In this document: piece after piece, positions 40,301 to 49,700 of the stretch
How positions within the stretch are numbered: position 1 is the stretch's first letter
How the letters are laid out: every line of letters starts with the position of its first letter
Source: Magallana gigas
Taxonomy: Eukaryota
Direction: 5' to 3'
Length of the DNA stretch: 64,000 bases
Assembly (NCBI RefSeq): GCF_963853765.1
Contig: NC_088857.1
Location: forward strand, 41,664,001-41,728,000
Notes under the pieces: generated by a model
The model's database searches: none
Told to the model about the DNA's origin: nothing
Seen by the model: the letters and a program-made list of their open reading frames with translations, nothing else
Program-made: the position numbers and the translations under genes

Positions 40301-41921
40301 CCTTATCAGGTAAGAAGATAAAAGTCAAATATGGAAAGAAATCATTACAGATCCCAATAACATCTACCAACTGAAAGCAAATTAACATGCATGAAGCATC
40401 GTTTTTGAAAGTCTTATTGATATCTTGGCAAGAAACGGGGGGATGGGGACTCATACCCTCTTAAACATGTAAAAAGAAAAACCATTAATATGTTTTATAT
40501 GTGTTGCGCATATTCCAATGGTTGTCTTCTGACTGAATCTTTCTTTTAAAGATTGGTTAAAGTAAGGTTAAACTAATGGTTACAAAAAAGTACATGTTGT
40601 AAAATTGATGAATAGTTCATATATCTACCATTAATCTAGCATTGCATTGACATTTGTACATGTATATAGAAGATTACAGAGTTTGTAATGCCTCATTTCA
40701 ACTTTTGCTGTGTATAAAGCCAGTAATATAGATACTGTAAATTCCTTATATTATGCGAGTATTTAATTCCGTGATCCCGCTGTTTTGGGTAAAATGTTTT
40801 GAGTCAAATAGCAAGAATATAATATCGCGAAATGAGGAACTTTTATCATCATTTCTTATAGTTTTCAACCCTCAGTAAATAATGGTGTGGTTTTAAAATC
40901 AACGAAAGGTGCTTCTCGCAATTTTATGCAGATATTAATTCCTCACATTTAATTAGGAATCTACAGTAATGATATCATATTGATAAAAAATAAACACAAA
41001 AAGAACCCTTACTGTATCTGCCACTCTCCACTGTGGAAGTGAATGAACCAATGCACGCGCTTCACTGAGCTGTAGTTCGGGGGTCGTAGAGCGAGGTTTA
41101 TCTTTTTCCCATCTAATGGCTGAATAAGGGAGATAAATTAAAGGAGGATAAGTCCATCAAAACTGGTTCAAACTGGTTGAAAAATCTGAATAATATTTTA
41201 TAATGAATCTTTACAGAATGTTTAATTTTCAAGCTCATATCTGTAAGATGTTCAACACTTTAAGACTTTTTTAAAGTAAGTGAACCTTTGTATTTATTTA
41301 ATAAATGTTACATAAATCTGAATATTCGAGAGACATTGATATCAATATATAAGTTCTAAAAGTCTTTTAAAATACATATATTGGACGATTCCAAAGAAGC
41401 TACCAGATAATGGTACCTGGATGTATGATCATTAGTGAGTGGTGAACCCCATCATAATGGAACTCTTCTTGTAAAACCTGCTTATATTCATCAGTCTCAT
41501 GTAGAGCATCAGCTTCTGGTGAAAGGAATAGTGCAAGTTTTCATCTGTTTAGTATTCTTACATACAGAACAACACTTCAAAAATGCAATATTCCAAATCA
41601 AGAAAGTTTTACAGAAGCCATGTTAACATATTCTTTACCCTCATCCTGACTTTCTGCCAGCTTGTTTATTATTGATTCTTCATTTTCATCACGACCTGGT
41701 TTTCGTCCCCTTTCCTTACAAACAGGGTTTGTTGTACTGAAGCAACAGAGTGGTTTGTACAAGAACTTTGTATTCTTTTGTGGACTATGGGTCTGCAGTT
41801 TTTGACCAGAACACATTCTTCTGTTTCTAGCTGCATGACTTAGAGACAACCATGTTGACTGTTTTCTGGAACAATTTATCTTGCACAAGTGACAAGTTGG
41901 TCTAAGGCTCCTTAAAAACAT
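34088..41921 (-). CDS. GTPBP6: Mitochondrial HflX-family GTPase (545 aa, 11 coding exons)
   Basis: Exons 41921-41639, 41515-41417, 41119-41013, 39654-39476, 39126-39037, 38742-38625, 38272-38152, 38048-37843, 37589-37447, 34541-34389, 34226-34088; all GT-AG, phases consistent, 1638 nt. Motifs: Arg/Ser-rich transit peptide, DRYTLVLHIFR..AHTREAKLQIALAE, G1 GYTNCGKT, G2 LFATLD, G3 DTVG, G4 NKCD, G5 SAVTG. Confidence 0.95.
34716..37336 (-). mobile_element. HINE with ~12 full 166-bp satellite units (Cg170-like), in GTPBP6 intron 9
   Basis: Minus-strand 5' TTTTTAGCTCACCTGAGCTGAAAGCTCAAGTGAGC + (GTCY)n; unit starts every 165-167 bp from 35043 to 37034; 3' CAGGTGAGCGATGTGGCCCATGGGCCTCTTGTTTT. Confidence 0.95.
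39733..40224. mobile_element. PIF/Harbinger MITE in GTPBP6 intron 3
   Basis: TIR GGCTACACCAATTTGATTT vs GGCCATACCAATTTGAATT (reverse complement of the right end); TSD TAA at 39730-39732 and 40225-40227. Confidence 0.8.
40735..40966. mobile_element. Short Tc1/mariner-type MITE
   Basis: TA|CTGTAAATTCCT ... AGGAATCTACAG|TA; a partial copy of its right end lies at ~37345-37430. Confidence 0.7.
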
Positions 41922-42405
41922 TGCATCGAGGAAACACAATATGATGCTTTCCTCAAGGATGGTTTGTCACATGTATGGAGAGTTTTCCAGGTCAAGTTCT
42001 ACCCCGACGATCGATAAATCTTTTTTCAATATATATGTCCTTGATAACAATTCTGTAGTAGCATACCAGTATGTAGTTAGAGCCTATAGAAAACAATGAC
42101 AATTATAGTGATTATTGTATCTCAATTTGATTGAAATCAAATTTTCTCTATACTCTGTCCCAGGTTTCTACTTCCATCACTTTTTACATTACTTTTCACA
42201 AAAATACACATACATGAAGTATGAAAAAATCCAAGAATTCTTCATAGATATATTATATTTTTTTTACACAAAGAATTCAACAAAATGTTTTACAGATTTC
42301 TTTCAAAAATTTATAATAGGAAAATTGGATGCTTTGATAATACTCTGATGTTCCAGAATGTGTTTCACAATTTGTCAGTATTAAAAAATGGAAATTAGTT
42401 GACCC

Positions 42406-43687
42406 CTGGGGTATCTCTGCCCCTTGTGTGCAAATTATTTTTCTATCAAATATGTCGACGTACAAGATAAATATGTTGACATGCAAGATAATTATGTCGA
42501 CATGCAACTTATCTAATAATGTTGACATGCAAGAAAAATGCAATCAAATAAGAGTTATAAAAAATCTTATATATCGCTCAGATGCGACATCCAAGATGCT
42601 AAATGCTTTTTATTTATGTTGACATGCAAGTTAGTAATGTTCACATGCAAGATAAATATGCTGAAATGTTACTTATTCATGTCAACATGCAACTTAGTTA
42701 TGTTCACATGCTACTTATTTATGTCATCATGCAAGTTAGTTTGTTCACATGCTACTTATTTAAATCAACATGCAACTTAGTTATGTTGACATGCGAGATA
42801 AATATGTTGGCACAAACATGTTGCATGTCAACATATTTATCTTGCATGTTAACATAACTAAGTTGGATGTCCACATAAATAAGTTGCAGGTTGACATAAA
42901 GAAGTTACATGTTGACATAAATAAGTTGCATGTCTGCATAAACAAGTTGCATGTCGACATATTCATCTTGCAATTCAACATAACTAAGTTGCATGTTGAC
43001 ATAAATAAGTTGCATGTCTACATACAGTGCTGATCAAACCCAACCTAACAGAAAGTAAACCCCAACTAAACCCTGGGTTTACTATGGGTTTACTCCGGGT
43101 TTACTAGAGTGGACCCAGAGTAAACCCAAAGTAAACCCAGAGTGGACACAGAGAGTAAACCCCGCCAGAAGTATACCCCTGATAGCAGATGCATCATGTG
43201 TATTCAGAATATATAAGGGGCAGGAATTACAGACAGTAAGATGGTAAGATAAAATACAGGCCTGCTTCACACTTCAGTGCGTACAGCAATTCTTGAGTAA
43301 ATCCAAAGGAAATCCCGAGTGGACCCTAATTTTCAAAGAGTAAACCCGGAGTAAACCCAGAAAGTAAACCCGGGGTTTAGTTGGGGTTTACTCTTGTGTT
43401 AGGTTAGGTCTGATCGGTACTCATGTATTTACCTTGCATGTTAACATAAATAAGTTGCATGTTGACATAAATAAGAAGCATCTATCATCCTGGATATCAC
43501 ATGTGGGCGATATTTGTGATTTTTGGAGATTTTTTATATTTCTTATTTGATTGCAATTTTCCTGCATGTCAACATAGTTATGTTACATGTTGATATAACT
43601 ATCTTGCATGTCAACATATTTATCTTGCATGTCGACATATTTGATAGAAAAATAACTTGCACACAAGGGGCAGAGATATGCCACCAT
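42406..43687. mobile_element. Long-TIR MITE with many TGTTGACATGCAAG sub-repeats, between the GTPBP6 and zinc-finger-gene start codons
   Basis: TATCTCTGCCCCTTGTGTGCAArTTATTTTTCTATCAAATATGTCGAC at 42412 and inverted at ~43631-43678; dozens of TGACATG/CATGTCA motifs that switch orientation mid-element; left terminus eroded. Confidence 0.75.
43025..43422. mobile_element. MITE nested in the preceding element
   Basis: ~75-bp TIRs (TGATCAAACCCAACCTAACAGAAAGTAAACCCCAACTAAACCC... and inverse) rich in GGGTTTACT/AGTAAACCC; TA on the left flank. Confidence 0.75.
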
Positions 43688-44231
43688 ACTTATGAATATC
43701 GAGAAGTTTAGGAATATGTAATCTAATTCTTGGTATAGAGTAACGTTATACAAATGTATAAAATTTTCATCTGTCGACATTCATGAGATAAAGTCCGTAA
43801 GCGATAAGAAAGTGACCTTATTCTCTCCAGTGTGGCCACTTTGTTAAGAAAATGCAAATGCAATTTCATGTCAAGTTGTGTTCAAGGAATAGAACAAATT
43901 ATAAATATTAACCTTATAAAAGTTATTTTGCCATGCACAAAAAACTGGATATCGAGTTTTCCACATAATAGAGAAACTGGATGCGAACATTTAATTTCCC
44001 GTAATTTTGTATATCTATATCTAAATGATAAAAATCACTTAACTTATCTATAGGTTTAAGTTTGAATTCTTGCTATCAAAAATACTGAATCCGTTGAAAG
44101 AATTTTAAAATATATTTTTAAACTTTAAGAGTTTTAGAATTCCGGAAATTCGGTCCCGTTATCATTATGATCATTTTTACATCACTCCTCTAAACATCCG
44201 GTTTTACTTTTATTATTTTTTAACCGAAGTC

Positions 44232-46671
44232 ATGCATTTGATGCAACACATTTCTGCATTTTTAACATTAGTGAGTATATTTCATGCAACATTAAATGTT
44301 TTCACGCATCAAACACAATTTGTGACTGAGAATTCGATTTATTTGGATGGCTACATAAATTGTAGTGTGTTAGCCCGTTTGTAGGATCACGGACACCTGC
44401 ATACTTCAATTTAAGAACTACCCAAAACTTGATTTACATATGACATTCAGCCTAGCTTTTTGATGATAATACCTCTTGTTTGTTTTAGGTTTTGACAGTT
44501 ACTGTATCACTGACAAATGCTTTACATTGTCCAAGAGATCGATCGAGGAATGTCAGGAATTTACTGAAAGAGGCAAGTATACTGGTGTATTGTCCAATAC
44601 ACAATTGGCAAAAGTTGTTCCCCTTTGCGGGGTCAACCCAAAGGTTAAAAGGGAAAAAACAACTTTCCCCTTCTTTATGCAACCAAATATTTGGCGTCCT
44701 CCGACGAAATCTCTTGGAATTTAATTTATTCCTTCAATATGTGGGTTGTCCTAACTAAACTTGGGGCAATCAAAATTCACAGTGGAAACGAATTTCTAAT
44801 GTGAAATGACGAAGTAACAACCTTCTATCCACAAATGCTACTGTGAGAAATATATGGGTTTTTCCCCAAGGATGGCGCCCAAGGAAAATAACTTTTGTAA
44901 AGTGTGGATTGAAATTATACGTATAACATGTTATCTTGCTTGTGAATGCAATGAATTGTTAAAAGAATGAAAAAACAAACGAAAAGATGCAGGGCAGAGT
45001 TATTTAGATGTACAAACAACAATTTCCCCTTTGTAATCTTCAAGGTTTATACATGTATCATCAAATGGATTTCAAAACAGTTGAATTTATGAGCATAAGG
45101 ACTAAAAGATCTTAAAAAAGAACAGTCTTTGCCAAATGACTTTCGACTGTCAGACCTCTGATTTACAGTGGTCAAATACAATATATATTTTGTATTACCT
45201 GGGGTATTAGAAATCATTGAATTTCATGGAATCAACTCAACAATGAAATCCATAAAAATTGGAATTCTATCAATATTGATGAGACCACATGCAGTTATGT
45301 AGTACAATGTATTTGTCATGGTATGAGCTCAACAATAGCTTTGTATATTCTTAATTAGTTTATTTTCAATATATGGATGTCCTCCATTTGTCTACTTCTG
45401 CAGGTGGTGTATCCACTGTTCACACAAGTCAAGACCAGTGTCCCAGACACTTGCCTGTTTTCTCCAGAGAGAGACAAATACCTGCTGCAAGAAGAGAACA
45501 AGGTATCGGAGGGAATCTCCAAATGGTACTGTAACTACTGCGGGAAAGGCTTCTACTCAGAAGATTACCTGGATCGACACTTTGATAATAGACATAGTGA
45601 ATATGTTAGAGAGGTATGATACTGGTATATCATCAAATAGTATATAAGATATGTTCAACCAATAATTCTGATTATACCTCCTGCTCCAAAGGAGAGGGGG
45701 TATACTGTTTAAATCTTGTGTGTCTTTCTGTGTATGCATATAAAAAAATTCTGTCGCATTTTTCTCAGCATCCGTTCATCGCAGATTCTTGAAATTTTAA
45801 CACACTCTTACCGGTAGTTTAGGCATGCCATATGGTGGGATTTATATTTGTACCAATCGTACATCATCTCTCTGTTAAATGAGAACTTTTGTTTATTTCT
45901 AGTCTAAATTTTCAAACCTTTTATTCTTCTGATCATAAAAAAAGAAATAAATGCTAGATTTTCATATTCATCTTGTTTACAGTCTAAATACATGCAAGTA
46001 GAAAAACTAAATATTTTATTAAGCAGATCCCAACATCAAGTCAGCATATAAGTAATGAATAAATTTTTTTAATGAAATTGCAAGGATAAATCCTCGGTTT
46101 GCTTTGCTGATTACTGTGACATCATGAGATGCGACATCCTTGCTGGGAGGAGAAAGAAAGAATTCTGGGATGTTTCGTTATGTCTGGAGAGTGACATGAA
46201 GGATCTGATGGACGACTGTGAGGTAATAATGTATATAACAATAAACATTTGTAATCCCTCTTACCCCTGGTATACAGTCCACAAAAAAATCTACCAGTAC
46301 ATAAGTATAAACATGTACATGGGGTCAAATTCTAAAAGTTTTTTGTTCATTATAGAAACATTCCCTTTTTGTGAGAGGAATTTAAATTGAGGTTTTATAT
46401 GTTTGAAGAGATTTTTTAGTTCCTTCATACTTTTATAACTGTATTGTGTGTTTCAAGAATAAAATTCTACATAGACACAGGGATTGTCCCTTATAATATC
46501 TGAGTCAATACCGATATTTGTAATTTTAAAGTTTTTAGTCAGTTACCGGATATTTACAAACTTGAATAAAACTAGAACTTTTTTTGTCATCAACAAAAAG
46601 TAAGGGCTTTTCGACATCCCCTTTCCCTTTTTTGTTTGGAAATGTCAGGTAAAATCGTTTTTAGCTCACCC

Positions 46672-46704
<33 letters not shown>

Positions 46705-49700
46705 ATTTTGTCTGTCGTCCGTCCGTCCGTCTGTCCGTCCGTCTGTCCGTAAACTTTTCACATTTTCAACATCTTCTCAAGAACTACTTAACCAATTTCA
46801 ACCAAACTTGGCACAAATCATCCTTAGGCAAAGGGGATTCAAAGTTGTGAAAATTAAGGGCCACACCCGTTTTCAAGGGGAGATAATTAGAAATTAATGA
46901 AAAATTTCGAGAAATTTTCAAAAATCTTCTTCTCAAGAACCAGAAAGCCAGGAAAGCTGAAACTTGTGTGGAAGCATTCTCAGGTAGTGTAGATTCAAAG
47001 TTGTGAAATTCATGACCCCTGGGGGTAGGGTGGGGCCACAATGGGGGGTCTAAGTTTTACATAGGAATATATAGAGTAAATCTTTAAAAATCTTCTTCTC
47101 AGAAACTAAACAGCCAGGAAAGCTGAAACTTATGTGGAAGCATCCTCAGGTAGTGTAGATTCAAAGTTGTGAAATTCATGACCCCCGGGGGTAGGGTGGG
47201 GCCACAATGGGGGGGTCGAAGTTTTACATAGGAATATATAGAGTAAATCTTTAAAAATCTTCTTCTCAGAAACTAAACAGCCAGGAAAGCTGAAACTTGT
47301 GTGGAAGCATCCTCAGGTAGTGTAGATTCAAAGTTGTGAAAATCATGACCCCCGGGGATAGGGTGGGGCCACAATGGGGGGTCGAAGTTTACCATAGGAA
47401 TATATAGAGTAAATCTTTAAAAATCTTCTTCTCAGAAACTAATCAGCTAGCAAAGCTGAAATTTGTGTGGAAGCATCCTCAGGTAGTGTAGATTCAAAGT
47501 TGTGAAAATCATGACCCCTGGGGGTAGGGTGGGGCCACAATGGGGGGTCGAAGTTTACCATAGGAATATATAGAGTAAATCTTTAGAAATCTTCTTCTCA
47601 GAAACTAATCAGCCAGGAAAGCTGAAACTTGTGTGGAAGCATCCTCAGGTAGTGTAGATTCATAGTTGTGAAAATCATGATCCCTGGGGGTAGGGTGAGG
47701 CCACATTGGGGGGGTGTTAAAATTTTACATAGGAATATATAGAGTAAATCTTTAAAAATCTTCTCAGAAGTTAATCAGCAAGGAAAGCTGAAACTTGTGT
47801 GGAAGCATCCTCAGGTAGTGTAGATTCATAGTTGTGAAAATCATGACCCCCGGGGGTAGGGTGGGGCACAATGGGAGGGGGGCGGGGGTCGAAGTTTTAC
47901 ATAATAATATATAGAGTAAATCTTTAAAAATCTTCTTCTCACAAACTAATCAGCCAGGAAAGCTGAAACTTGTGGGAAGTATCCTCAGGTAGTGTAGATT
48001 CAAAGATGTGAAAATCATGACCCTTGGGGGTAGGGTGAGGCCACATAGGGAGGGGGGGTGTTAAAGTTTTACATAGGAATATATATAGAGTAAATCTTTA
48101 AAAATCTTCTTCTCAGAAACTAATCAGCAAGATGATTCTTTATAATTGTTAAGACTTTGGCTCCAGGACAATTCTTCGGCCTCACAAGAAGGTTCAGAGT
48201 TTGATGTAGCTAAATATCCCATATATAAACAATTGTAAAGGATCTTTTTGAGAACTGCAATACTCAACATGTGATATGACTATAAAATTGAAGCAGGCAG
48301 CTATTTTTTCATTAGAATCTTTTTGTATTACTGTATTGAGTTATTGCCCTTGATTTATTGATTCTTGATTATTTTATTTAATGCATCCACTGTTAACCAA
48401 TTATTGTGATGATTATTTTTATACAATAATAAATATTCAATGTATATAAGTTGTTCTGCATAAGTAGTTTTGGGTTAGGCCGGATTAGTTTGTTTATTTT
48501 TGATTTCCAATTTTTAGATACTATGAATTATTTTAGGCCGGCACATATATAGGGACAGTGTATATTGCATTGCAACGAGCGACTGTTTGGGGTTAAACTT
48601 GAACAGGCATGGAGAGACTGAGGGTGTGGGCATCCCTGCTCTATCTAATCTTCGTGTTTTTCTAAGCTACGATACAGAGTGTGCGGTCCTTCCTGCCATG
48701 TATCGCATTAATACAAGTGTGCGGTCACACCTGCTTGTTGTGGTTGCGGCGGAGCACTAGTGTATGGTCATCCCGTCTGGTGTTCTGGCCTTTCTAGCAC
48801 AAGTGTGCGGTCATCCCTGCTTGCGTTATCTCTGCTTGCGTAAACGTTGGTACCTGTGAGTTGCGTAGGTGTGCGGTCATCCCTGCCTGCGTAACTTTGA
48901 GTCCCTATATATGTGCAGGAGCGGTGATTAAAGTCTGCTCTTGTAAATATTGGCAGCAATCAGGGCTATCCGAGTTCCAAGGGGGAAAAATGGATTTTAT
49001 TTATACAGGATCTACATGTATTATTGTACATTGTCCAGATTGTTTGTATTATGACTCCATTAAGCTGACTTTATCATACCTATTGTTCCTCAGGTGAGCG
49101 ATGTGGCTCATGGGCCTCTTGTTTTTATTTACAAATTCTTCACCACCTTGGTATAATCAGTTGCCTAAATATAACCTTATAAATAATGCAATGTCAAAAA
49201 AAGATAACTTCAGAAATTTAGAAGTAAATATACTTTAAATTTCTAATAGAATATTTCAAAAAAATCATAAAAAAGTAAGTATTCCTTTCTTGAATAGAAA
49301 ACGTGGTATGCCTAGAGTATTAATGCTCTACATTCGTTGAGCAAAGAGAGATAACTTTTTCTAAATCACTTTTTCAACTTTTAAAAAGTTACAATATTCA
49401 CGCCCTTAAAACTCCTATGAGAAGTCAAAAAATGGTCCTACGGACTATAATTTTTAAATTGTACTCTTTACTCAAAACTTCAAACCGAAAAGATTTTAAA
49501 AATCGGATGAAAAATAAAAAAGATACAGCTATTGGGCTGTTTTCAGCTTTGACCCCTCTAGATCCCTTATCTTTCATAATTTTAATCCCAAAACCTTTTC
49601 CAGTCTGCAAATTAGGTCCCTCAATATTCATATGAATATTAAATAAGAGAATATTTACTTGAAAACTGTTTGAGAAAACGTGGCACGCGTGAATTCAGTT

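Noticed and set aside
42277-43780. Cluster of ORFs with MSTCNL / LHVDI repeats
   Set aside because: They come from the TGTTGACATGCAAG sub-repeats of a MITE and appear in several frames on both strands.
48624-48886. Calling the repeat-spacer array a CRISPR array
   Set aside because: Eukaryotic host, 18-bp repeats, spacers of 20-48 nt, no cas genes, and enclosure by TIRs; reported as a mobile element instead.
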